Source of the DNA: Methanobacteriaceae archaeon
GTDB taxonomy: Archaea > Methanobacteriota > Methanobacteria > Methanobacteriales > Methanobacteriaceae
DNA: 14,877 bases
Direction of reading: 5' to 3'
Assembly: GCA_003558085.1 (NCBI GenBank)
Contig: PWMT01000074.1
Coordinates: 1-14,877 of the forward strand
Each line of letters begins with the position of its first letter. Position 1 is the first letter of the stretch. This document shows positions 1-8,686 of this stretch, one piece after another. The position numbers and the translations under genes are program-made. The notes beneath the pieces are model-generated. The model worked only from the letters and a program-made list of their open reading frames with translations, had not been told where the DNA came from and made no database searches.

Positions 1-96
1 AAAATAATAGAAAAATAATAACAAAAACTTATATCTGGTATTATAATCGTGGTATTAATGTAAGGACTGGATTTATTATTAATGGTGGTGTTTTAA

Positions 97-1545
97 ATGA
101 CTAAAATTGATGTAGTACTTATAAATCCTTATGATGAGAATGCACTAAAAAATGCTCTTGGTTTTATTACCCCACCTATGAATCTCATGTACTTGGCTTC
201 ATCACTCGAAAATGAGTCTTACTCTGTTAAAATCATAGATGATAATCTGCTTGAAAAAGGACATAAAGCTGTTTCTCAGCTCGTTGAAAAGCTCAATCCA
301 CAAATAGTAGCTGTTACGGCCACCACATCAACCATAAAAAGCGCACTTAAATATTTGGAACCAGTTAAAAATATTCTGCCTAATTCTTTAACTGTAATTG
401 GCGGCCCTCATGCTACTTTCCTGCCCTTTGAAACATTAAAAAATTCTGAAAACCTGGACTTGGTGGTTATGGGTGAAGGAGAGGAGACTATGGTTGATAT
501 AGCAGAACATGTTTCATTGGAAAATATTTCAGATTTAGAAAATGTAAGGGGAATTGTTTTTAAGGATCCAAACACTGGAAATTTAAAATATACACAACCT
601 AGGCATTTAATAAAGGATCTAGACTCATTACCCTTTCCTGCCAGACATCTTGTTCCATTTAAATCCTATGATGCCACCCAAAAACAATCAGGGGAAATAA
701 TAACCAGCAGAGGTTGTGTTTATTCCTGTAGTTACTGCTCATCTTCACTTATCATGGGTAAAAAGTTCCGATCCCGCAGCCCAGACAATGTGGTGGATGA
801 AATTGAGGAATTAATAGATAAATACCAGATAAGTGATATTGGCTTCACAGATGACACTTTCATGCTTAATAAAAGAAGGGCTAATGATATTGCTGATGAA
901 ATCAAAGCCAGGGATTTGGATTTGAGTTTCGTTGCATCTTCCCGGGTAGACCGGGTAAACAGGAGTCTACTTCAAAATCTGAAAAGTTCTGGAATGAATA
1001 CCATATATTACGGTGTTGAATCCGGGTCACAGCGTATTTTGGATCTCATGGAAAAAAATATTACTCTTAAAAACGCTGAAGATGCAGTTAAAATTGCTAA
1101 AAATGTAGGTTTAGAAGTTTTAACATCTTTTATTATGGGATATCCTGGGGAAACTGAAGACGATTTAAACAAAACTATTAATTTCTCAATTAAACTTGAT
1201 CCAGATTACTGCCAGTATTCAATATTAACACCGTTTCCAGGAACAAAAATCTACAATGAACTATTGGAAAAAGATTTAATAGTTAATGTTGATTGGGATG
1301 AATATACGGTTCTTAACCCTGTTTTAAAATATGATGAAATGGGTTTGACTAATAAACTGGTGCGTAAAAAATTGGTTACAGCCTATTTGAAATTCTATTC
1401 AAGACCAAAATATCTTTTAAGTCATCGACATATGATTAAGGTAATGTTAAAAACAGTTATTCGAAGTTTTGTAATCCCCAAACTCATGGGAAGTACGAGC
1501 AATGGTTGGTACCAGAATTTAGATAATAAAACTTCGTCAAAGTAG
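97..1545 (+). CDS. Cobalamin (B12)-binding radical SAM protein (class B methyltransferase / BchE-like family), substrate unknown
   Basis: 482-aa ORF. The N-terminal B12-binding Rossmann-like region ([25 protein letters not shown]) is followed by [12 protein letters not shown] (CxxxCxxC), FTDDTF, GVESGS, GYPGET and TPFPGT. A GGTGGTG RBS lies at 84-90. Confidence 0.92.
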   Translation: MTKIDVVLINPYDENALKNALGFITPPMNLMYLASSLENESYSVKIIDDNLLEKGHKAVSQLVEKLNPQIVAVTATTSTIKSALKYLEPVKNILPNSLTVIGGPHATFLPFETLKNSENLDLVVMGEGEETMVDIAEHVSLENISDLENVRGIVFKDPNTGNLKYTQPRHLIKDLDSLPFPARHLVPFKSYDATQKQSGEIITSRGCVYSCSYCSSSLIMGKKFRSRSPDNVVDEIEELIDKYQISDIGFTDDTFMLNKRRANDIADEIKARDLDLSFVASSRVDRVNRSLLQNLKSSGMNTIYYGVESGSQRILDLMEKNITLKNAEDAVKIAKNVGLEVLTSFIMGYPGETEDDLNKTINFSIKLDPDYCQYSILTPFPGTKIYNELLEKDLIVNVDWDEYTVLNPVLKYDEMGLTNKLVRKKLVTAYLKFYSRPKYLLSHRHMIKVMLKTVIRSFVIPKLMGSTSNGWYQNLDNKTSSK

Positions 1546-1632
1546 ATTTTAATTCCAATTTTAGTTTTGGGGGGGCTGTTTTAGATATTAAATAAATTTT
1601 ACTAATGAAAGAAATATAAGATATCTTAATAA

Positions 1633-1941
1633 TTATTTATTTAATCTGTGTTTAGATGAGCCTATTTCTTCTAAAATTTTATCATAGTATTTTTCAAAGG
1701 TATTTTTTTGTTTAATTATGAAGTCTTCTTGGATTAATTCATTTTCAGTAGGTTTTAATTCTAATATGACTAATATGTTTTTGTTTCCTTCAGTTTTTAG
1801 ATCTATATAGGCATTTTCATTATATTCTGATAACTTATCATTTATGACAGCTTTCCATTCTTTAGGTGATTCTTCATCTAAAAAAAACATCTTAATTAGG
1901 GTCTTTTTCTTCATTCCAGTATATTCTAACATGTTTATCAC
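1633..1941 (-). CDS. Hypothetical small acidic/lysine-rich protein; true start may be a downstream Met
   Basis: 102-aa ORF with host-like composition, convergent with the radical SAM gene. No recognised motif. Confidence 0.65.
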   Translation of the reverse strand: MINMLEYTGMKKKTLIKMFFLDEESPKEWKAVINDKLSEYNENAYIDLKTEGNKNILVILELKPTENELIQEDFIIKQKNTFEKYYDKILEEIGSSKHRLNK

Positions 1942-2037
1942 AATTAATATTTGATTTTTATATTTAAGATAATTTCTTTTTACTTTGGTTTTTTATACTC
2001 CAGAATCAAATTAGCCAATTTACCATTCAAAAATTAG

Positions 2038-3235
2038 TAGAGAATTTCGATTAAACTTTTTGATTTTTGTATCTTTTAAATTTTGCATAGATGGGTTCTT
2101 GATTTAATCTCTTTAAATCTTTGTGTGCGAATGTTTATAGGAGTATTATGAAATCTTTTGAGAATTATTTCATGAATAAGCAGTATGCTCGTGTGAAGTA
2201 ACTTGGTGATAAGCTAGCTGAGATTGATTCTCTTATTGATTGAAATTTTTTCAGGCCTATTGTGCGTGGAATGTATGATAATCATTCTGAGCGTGGTGGT
2301 AGGCCTAATATTGATGGAATAGTTATGATTAAGATGTTAGTTTTGCAATCATGGTATGGTTTATCATGATCCTGAGCTGGAAAGACAAGCTAATGATCGA
2401 TTATCGTTTCAGAAGTTTTTAGGATTTCCCTGAAAGACCGTTCCACGGTCTGGGCGTTCAGAGAACGATTAATCGACACAGGTAACGACGAGAGAATATG
2501 GGAAGAATTGCAAAGAATAAATTGATTCTAAGGGATTAAAGGTTAAAGAAGATGTTATTCAAGATGCTACCTTTATCACAGCTAATCCTGGTCACTAAAG
2601 AGTGAACAAACCTCCTGGACCGGAAGCCAAAACCAGACTTAACCAAGATGGTGAATGGACCAAAAAACATGGAAAATCCCATTACGGCCATAAAACTGCA
2701 CACCCTATCTGATATGGATTATGTTTTGATACTTAGAATGGAAACAATAACTCTGAGATTCATGACAGCCCAAATTGTCCTTAGCCAACCGGGTGAAATA
2801 GTCTACCGAGATCTAGGATACTTCGAAGTAGCCTGCAAAGGCTATAACGCCACCATGAAACGCGCAGTGCGTGACCATCCCTTGGGAATTCGCGATAAAA
2901 TGCGCAACAAGCGAATAAGCTCGTAAAAGATCAGCCTTTTGAACGGCCCTAAACTGTGATTAAAAACATATTCAAGTCCGGCCACTAGTTATTAACCACC
3001 AACTAAGAACACACACCAAAAACCTGTTTTCATGCTTCTCTTACAACTTAATACAACTAAAAACCCTCCAAAAAAAGAACACTTCCTAGCGAACGCTAAC
3101 ACCCAAAAAACGAAAAAAATAGGAAAAAGAAAGGAAAAAACACTAAAAAAAGCCAAAAAAACAATTTCCAAACTAAAATTTACAAAAGACTAAATCAAAC
3201 AAAAATTAAAAAAAGAAGTAAATAGAAAATCTCTA
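2038..3235 (+). mobile_element. Degenerate IS5-family insertion sequence (about 1.2 kb) with imperfect terminal inverted repeats
   Basis: The left end TAGAGAATTTCGATTAA (2038-2054) matches the reverse complement of the right end TAGAGATTTTCTATTTA (3219-3235) at 14/17 positions. TAG flanks both sides (2035-2037, 3236-3238); the alternative is a TA duplication around 2040-3233. The element encloses a broken transposase. Confidence 0.88.
2148..3089 (+). pseudogene. IS5-family DDE transposase pseudogene (multiple nonsense codons and frameshifts)
   Basis: ATG at 2148 follows AGGAG. Piecewise translation gives MKSFENYF..K*LGDKLAEIDSLID*..GGRPNIDGIVMIKMLVLQSWYGLS / DPELERQANDRLSFQKFLGF / IQDATFI / DGEWTKKHGKSHYG / KLHT / VYRDLGY / ERP*TVIK / YNLIQL, typical of IS5-group transposases. 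Track ORF 2648-2926 is one fragment. Confidence 0.9.
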
Positions 3236-3263
3236 TAGTTTAAAAAAAATTTTAGGTGGTGCT

Positions 3264-3770
3264 GTGATGGTATTTTGTCCCCACTGCGGAAAAGAAAATG
3301 AAATAAATGCAGAATATTGTGAAAATTGTGGAAAGGAGCTGAAAAATGAAGATAAATCCACAGAAAAAAAAGGTTTAAACAAGCTGATAAACTTTAAAGG
3401 AATCATAATAGGGGCTATTATTGCTGTAATATTATATTTTGTATTTATCATCTTATTGGAACTAACTCTAGATCCTGCTCTTTTAAGTGATAATTTATTG
3501 ATAGTTATCACTTTAGTGGTACTGGTTTTCCCGATTTTAGTGGGTGGATTTATAGCCGGATATTACTCTAAAATAGATTATTCAAGTGGAATCCTCAATG
3601 GATTAATTGTGGGAATTTTAATGTTCATCTTCTTTATAGAATTAGATCTAATTATCCTCTTCATTGGAATGTTAATCTACCTTCCAGCTGGGGTGGCTGG
3701 AGGATTTCTAGGAGTTTACTATAATAAAAAATGGTTGAAGATTAAAGAAAACTCGGATCATAATTTTTAA
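3264..3770 (+). CDS. Zinc-ribbon domain membrane protein (DUF5518-like TM region); start at GTG 3264 or ATG 3267
   Basis: N-terminal CPHCG-x9-CENCG zinc ribbon followed by about 4 Gly-rich hydrophobic helices (GGFIAGY, GILNGLIVG, GVAGGFLG). AGGTGGTG RBS immediately upstream. Confidence 0.85.
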   Translation: MMVFCPHCGKENEINAEYCENCGKELKNEDKSTEKKGLNKLINFKGIIIGAIIAVILYFVFIILLELTLDPALLSDNLLIVITLVVLVFPILVGGFIAGYYSKIDYSSGILNGLIVGILMFIFFIELDLIILFIGMLIYLPAGVAGGFLGVYYNKKWLKIKENSDHNF

Positions 3771-3997
3771 ATTCAGGTAAAATAAGGCCTTAAAAATAGG
3801 TAGAGAATTCATCATAAGCTAGCTAATCACTAAAACATGCTAAGGCAATTTTTTTATTCTTTTCCTAGTGCTTATTAACCTCTAAAGAAATTTATATAAA
3901 AAAATTTCTTGCCTTATACCAATAGAAGCTCATCTTGCTTGTATATACTGATAGTGAATCTTATTTTACTGCCAATAAGGTGGTAATTTTATTGCAA

Positions 3998-4771
3998 TTA
4001 GACAATCTTTAAGGTGTTAAAGTAGACGTACCCAGGTTTCTCTCTAGATGGATTGGGGTCTTGAATAATCTTTACTTCCTGGCCTTTGATTTTAAAATGC
4101 AGACAAAGATGATAGATGGCAATACCCATATCAATAGGGATCCATTTTTTAAGTAGAAGATTTTTTAGAAAATTAGGAGCTTTACAGTAAACATTTATAT
4201 TTTTCCTATCACCGCTGAAAAACCAAGGCTGGTTGTTTACAGAAGAAGGTGCTAATCGGGCTGGTTCTAAGATTTGCGCATCAGACTCCATATCTGAGAT
4301 TTCAGATAAGGATTTTCTTTTAAATTCACTAACACTGGATCGGTGTAATTTCTCCTTAGGAGCACCAAAAGCTAATAAAATGATGTATTCAAGGGGATTA
4401 GATTCTATTATTTCTTTTTTAGGTTTTGGGATACCCAACCAGCAGCTTCCAATGCCTTGGGCTGATAAGAATAGATCCAATTGTTGTAACATTAAACCAA
4501 TATTAGTCCGGTATCCTTCCCTTTTTTGGGAAAAAGCAGCAATATAATGAGGTGCTTGTGGTTGAGGGAGAAAACTTCTAATATCATCAGGACTAAGAAA
4601 CATGAAACTGGTTTCAATTTCACCATATATTGGTAACAAATCCTTTATAAATTCTCTCAGCAGAGCTAAAACAGAATCAGGTAGAGGTTCAACTTGAAAT
4701 TTGCGTACTGATTTACGCTGGAATATGGTTTTATATAAATCTTCCTGGTCAATTAAATTAGATCCATGCAT
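3998..4771 (-). CDS. Nitroreductase-family FMN-binding protein (two-domain, TM1586-like)
   Basis: IFQRKSVRKF, GIGSCWLG, LAFG, ARLAPSSVNNQPW and IDMGIA motifs of the nitroreductase fold. Confidence 0.9.
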   Translation of the reverse strand: MHGSNLIDQEDLYKTIFQRKSVRKFQVEPLPDSVLALLREFIKDLLPIYGEIETSFMFLSPDDIRSFLPQPQAPHYIAAFSQKREGYRTNIGLMLQQLDLFLSAQGIGSCWLGIPKPKKEIIESNPLEYIILLAFGAPKEKLHRSSVSEFKRKSLSEISDMESDAQILEPARLAPSSVNNQPWFFSGDRKNINVYCKAPNFLKNLLLKKWIPIDMGIAIYHLCLHFKIKGQEVKIIQDPNPSREKPGYVYFNTLKIV

Positions 4772-5026
4772 AAACTACTTTCTCCTAGAAAATTCAAAAC
4801 CTACTATTATAAGTATTTACGATATTCTAAATTTAGATATTGAAGGGACTTAGAATTAAAGGTTTTTTCGAAATTAAAGAGGCTATATATTATATTACCT
4901 ATATGATAATTAAATTGATAACTATAATAGTTGATTTAGATGAATGTTTTTATTAATTAGATGTTATCTATTAATTAGCTTGATTTAGATTAATATCACT
5001 ATTAGATTAAACCTAATTTAATAACG

Positions 5027-5431
5027 GTGGATGCTATGATTTATGTACAAGCCTTGGGTGTATGGATATTATTACTGGTCACTGCCCTAGTAAATGCAAG
5101 TTTTCGCACCAAATTCCTACAACCTCGATTAAAGAATGAACTGCGATCCCATCAAATCAGTTCTATTATGGCGATTATCCTTTTTTTATTTATCATCTAC
5201 ATTTTCTTCCGTTTTACCGGTGCCAATTATACAGAAAATGATGTGATAAATATTGGTTTTTTGTGGATGATATTAACCATAATTTTTGAGTTTCTTTTCG
5301 GTTATTTGGTTATGAATTATTCTTTAAAAAGATTACTGCAGGATTATAATTTAACTAAAGGAAGATTATGGATTTGGGTATTATTAACCCTACTCTTAGG
5401 GCCGGTACTGGTGAATAATCTTTTACTTTAA
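5027..5431 (+). CDS. Hypothetical integral membrane protein (about 4 TM helices); start may be ATG 5036
   Basis: 134-aa hydrophobic ORF with HQIS, GFLWMILTIIFEFLFG and LLQDYNLTKGRLW segments resembling a conserved uncharacterised membrane family. Confidence 0.8.
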   Translation: MDAMIYVQALGVWILLLVTALVNASFRTKFLQPRLKNELRSHQISSIMAIILFLFIIYIFFRFTGANYTENDVINIGFLWMILTIIFEFLFGYLVMNYSLKRLLQDYNLTKGRLWIWVLLTLLLGPVLVNNLLL

Positions 5432-5601
5432 TAATAATACTAAATAAAAGCAGGATTATACTAACTCCATATATGGTTGGGAGGCATATATTTATCTTAG
5501 ATTAATTATAATATGCATAGTATCTCTAAATTTAAATATTAAATCTTTAATTAAAGCCAATTTTTTAAAATAATTATCTCTTCCTTAGGGGGAGGACCTT
5601 T

Positions 5602-6195
5602 ATGAATAAAAAACCAGCAGTCACTCTTGTTTTGCTTAGTGTCCTAGGAGTATTTTTATTCTTAAATCAGTGGATCATACCCGAGATAAGTACCCTGGAG
5701 GATGTTATCGTAACCGATTATGAGGGTCAAGATTTTGCACTCTGCAACGAAATTCTCCCAGATCAGATGAAAAAAGCTCCCCGTATAGATGGTGCAACTT
5801 ACCAGTTGGAAGTTACTGGATTGGTGGAAGAACCTAAAAATTATACCTATGGTCAAGTGATAAAAGGCTTTAGCAATTATGAAAAATTAGTTACCTTGGA
5901 TGCTGTGGATGAATGGAATTCCACCATATCCTGGAGGGGAGTATTGCTTAAAGATTTGATTCAGGAATCTAAACCCCTGGATAATGGAACCCTGATCAGT
6001 GTATATTCAGCTGATGGTAAGATTACAACTTTTTCTAAAGATTATATAGAGGATAAAAACATTCTCCTTGCCTATCAATTAGATAATGTTACTTTAAGCA
6101 GGGAAAGAGGCTTTCCTTTTCAATTGGTCGCGGAAAGTAAAATTGGTGACCAGTGGCTTAGATGGGTTATTAGAATAGAAATTTCAGCACCTTAG
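5602..6195 (+). CDS. Sulfite-oxidase/MsrP-like molybdopterin-binding domain protein with an N-terminal membrane anchor, apparently degenerate
   Basis: N-terminal hydrophobic helix, then YQLEVTGLVE, WRGVLLKDL, ILLAYQLDNVTLSRERGFPFQLV and WVIRIE, typical of Oxidored_molyb. A GGGGGAGG RBS is present. The expected Cys position reads TLDAVDEW. Confidence 0.82.
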   Translation: MNKKPAVTLVLLSVLGVFLFLNQWIIPEISTLEDVIVTDYEGQDFALCNEILPDQMKKAPRIDGATYQLEVTGLVEEPKNYTYGQVIKGFSNYEKLVTLDAVDEWNSTISWRGVLLKDLIQESKPLDNGTLISVYSADGKITTFSKDYIEDKNILLAYQLDNVTLSRERGFPFQLVAESKIGDQWLRWVIRIEISAP

Positions 6196-6236
6196 AGTTA
6201 AAGAGAACAATCATCAAAATTTATTTAAATTTCTTT

Positions 6237-7943
6237 TTAGTTTTTTAAAACCTTTAGAAAATCCTTTAAAGGAAGGGTATTGGCAATATCTTTATTCTGC
6301 GCCCAACCCCGACGAGCAGTTCCCACTCCATAGCGTATGTTATTCAATTCTATTGCGCTATGCGCATCTGTATTTAATACTAATTTACAGCCATGTTCTA
6401 TAGCTCTTCTAATATTAAGGTCTCTTAAATCTAACCTTATAGGATTAGAATTAACTTCCAATAGAGTTCCGGTTTCCTGGGCAGCTTCAAATATCTGATT
6501 AAGGTTCAAATCATATTCTTTTCTTAATTGAAGTTTTCGACCAGTAGGATGTGCAATAATATCCACATGTTCATTTTCCATGGCTTCAATTATTCTCTGG
6601 GTCATTTCAATGGTTCCTTTAGATAAACCAGAGTGTATGGCTGCTAATACCAAATCCATATCCTCTAATATTTCATCTCGAATATCCAGTTTACCTTCCA
6701 AGTCAATATTCACTTCCAATCCTTTCAAAATAGTAAATCCCTGTAAATCATCATTAATTTTATCAATTGCTTTTACTTGTTTTAATATTCTATCTTCATT
6801 CATTCCATTGGCTATCTTTAATGAACCGGTATGTTCTGTGAAGGCTACATATTGGTAGCCTTGTTTAAGGGCCTGATCAACCATGTTAGCTATACTAGTG
6901 GTTCCATCACTCCAAGTGGAATGTAGGTGTAAATCACCTTTTATATCTTCAAGTTTAACTAGGGAAGGAATTTCACGTTTTTTAGCTGCTTCTAATTCTC
7001 CCCTGTTTTCTCTAAGTTCTGGGGGAATATAATCTAGTTTTAAAGCTTGGAAGATTTCTTTTTCGGTTTTACCTGCTACTTTTTTTTCTTTTTTAAATAA
7101 ACCATACTCATTCAGCTTCAGGCCCTGGGATATAGAGAGTTTTCTCATCTGCACGTTAAGTTCTCGGGAGCCAGTAAAATACATTAGAGCCGCTCCGAAG
7201 ACCTCTTCATCGAAAACCCGGATATCACATTCTATACCTTTTTTAAGGCGTACAGTAGATTTAGCGGGACCTTTAACTATTATTTCTCCTACTATATCCA
7301 TGGAAACAAAATAGTCCATAACTTCCACGGGTTGCTCACTAATAACCAGTATATCAATATCACCTACTGTTTCCTTCCAGCGGCGAATTGAACCAGCTAT
7401 CTCCACCCTATCAGTTTGAGGTAAATCAATTAATCTTGATTTTATTTCTTCTGCCAGTGGCAATACTTCTCCCAGAATACTACGGGATGTGAATTTACGG
7501 GCAAATTCAATATTTTCCAGGAATGATTTCTCCTTTTTCTCCCCCATACCTTTAATTTTTTTAATATTGTTTTCCCGTGCCTGATATTCCAGATCATCCA
7601 GATTTCTAATTCCTAATTCTTTATAGAGTAATTTAATGGTTTTAGGTCCTATTCCTTCTACAGATGATAGTTCTTCAAATCGGACTGGATACTTTTTTTT
7701 TAGTTTCTCATAATCCTGGGTGGTCCCGGTATCTAAAATTTCTTCAATTTTCTCGGCTATGCCTTTTCCCACACCAGGAATTTCTTCCAATTTTCCTTCC
7801 TCTTTGATACTTTCAATATCCTTAGTTAGGGTCTCCACACTATGAGCTGCATTGTGATAGGCCTTAACTCGAAAAAAATTATCCTCCATTTCCAAATAAT
7901 CAGCGATTCTATATAGAATTTTAGCTACCTTTTCATTGAGCAA
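6237..7943 (-). CDS. polX: DNA polymerase X with C-terminal PHP domain
   Basis: HhH motifs (IPGVGKGIA, VEGIGPK, IKGMGEK), the nucleotidyltransferase motif AGSIRR..TVGDIDIL, YFTGS and LNEYGL. PHP motifs DLHLHSTWSDG, TEH, AHPTGR and NTDAH. TTG start. Confidence 0.96.
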   Translation of the reverse strand: MLNEKVAKILYRIADYLEMEDNFFRVKAYHNAAHSVETLTKDIESIKEEGKLEEIPGVGKGIAEKIEEILDTGTTQDYEKLKKKYPVRFEELSSVEGIGPKTIKLLYKELGIRNLDDLEYQARENNIKKIKGMGEKKEKSFLENIEFARKFTSRSILGEVLPLAEEIKSRLIDLPQTDRVEIAGSIRRWKETVGDIDILVISEQPVEVMDYFVSMDIVGEIIVKGPAKSTVRLKKGIECDIRVFDEEVFGAALMYFTGSRELNVQMRKLSISQGLKLNEYGLFKKEKKVAGKTEKEIFQALKLDYIPPELRENRGELEAAKKREIPSLVKLEDIKGDLHLHSTWSDGTTSIANMVDQALKQGYQYVAFTEHTGSLKIANGMNEDRILKQVKAIDKINDDLQGFTILKGLEVNIDLEGKLDIRDEILEDMDLVLAAIHSGLSKGTIEMTQRIIEAMENEHVDIIAHPTGRKLQLRKEYDLNLNQIFEAAQETGTLLEVNSNPIRLDLRDLNIRRAIEHGCKLVLNTDAHSAIELNNIRYGVGTARRGWAQNKDIANTLPLKDFLKVLKN

Positions 7944-7953
7944 GAAAATACCC

Positions 7954-7977
7954 CATATCTATCTATATAAAGATATG
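7954..7977 (-). promoter_or_regulatory. Putative polX promoter: TATA box within an inverted repeat
   Basis: Minus-strand TTTATATA at 7964-7971, about 21-28 nt upstream of the TTG start. It lies within CATATCT-N10-AGATATG. Confidence 0.5.
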
Positions 7978-7988
7978 CTTATCTTGGT

Positions 7989-8294
7989 TTATAATAGTTC
8001 ATCATCCCAGAAAAAATCGTCCTCTACCGGGTATTCTTCCAGGCTTAAAACATGAAAATATTCTTCTTCCTCCTCCCTACTGATTGGTTTAGAAAACTCT
8101 GCGGAGTGATCTTTTTCTTCTTCGTTAAGATAAATATAGATAACAATAACTGCCCAGGAGAAAAGCACGGTTAAAATAATTTTTCTGGTATTGAAATCTC
8201 CTGATAAAATAATTAAGATTATTACTGTGGCTATAAACGTGGAAATAATGTATTCCTGTTTTATCTGCTTAATCTTAGAATTAGAACCATCCAT
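7989..8294 (-). CDS. Hypothetical membrane protein (2 TM helices plus an acidic C-terminal tail)
   Basis: 101-aa ORF with two hydrophobic stretches followed by an EEEEE/DDFFWDDELL acidic tail. Confidence 0.7.
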   Translation of the reverse strand: MDGSNSKIKQIKQEYIISTFIATVIILIILSGDFNTRKIILTVLFSWAVIVIYIYLNEEEKDHSAEFSKPISREEEEEYFHVLSLEEYPVEDDFFWDDELL

Positions 8295-8686
8295 AATAAC
8301 AACCCCTAATTATTACTAATTATTATTATATTAATAATATATATAGTTTGTTTATTATTTTTTTTCTTAAGTTAGTGATTAAAACCCTACTAAAAAAAAG
8401 TTTAAGATTTTCTTTATCTAAGAAATAAAGATTGATATTAAATCCAAGGCCTAATAGAGAAAACAATATCTTTTAAAATCAAAATAAAACGGTTAAGAAA
8501 AATTAAAAAATAATTCAACTAAAAATAATAATTTAAAAAAAAAAATAGGATTTAAAAAAAGTCGAATGGATTTAAACAGTTTAAAATTCAAAATGAATAG
8601 TCATTATTTTACTGTTTTAGTGGAAAAGTGACCGGAAAATTATAATAAAATAGATTAAAAAAACCATTATTTATTACTGGATTTAT

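Noticed and set aside
2648..2926. 92-aa ORF as an independent gene
   Set aside because: It is a chimeric-frame fragment of the broken IS5 transposase.
3233..3511. Minus-strand 92-aa ORF
   Set aside because: Antisense shadow of the zinc-ribbon membrane gene.
4233..4547. Plus-strand 104-aa ORF
   Set aside because: Antisense shadow within the nitroreductase gene.
5662..5856. Minus-strand 64-aa ORF
   Set aside because: Antisense to the molybdopterin-domain gene, with no motif.
6193..6201. Amber (pyrrolysine) read-through restoring the molybdoprotein C-terminus
   Set aside because: The TAG is followed by AGT TAA, so read-through adds only two residues.
6580..6858. Plus-strand 92-aa ORF
   Set aside because: Antisense shadow of polX.
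8300..8686. Long A-rich intergenic region as a possible ncRNA (AAACAGT...ACTGTTT dyad at about 8574-8617)
   Set aside because: The region is extremely AT-rich, short dyads are expected by chance, and there is no GC-rich structured core. The A-tracts fit minus-strand termination after GGGPS.
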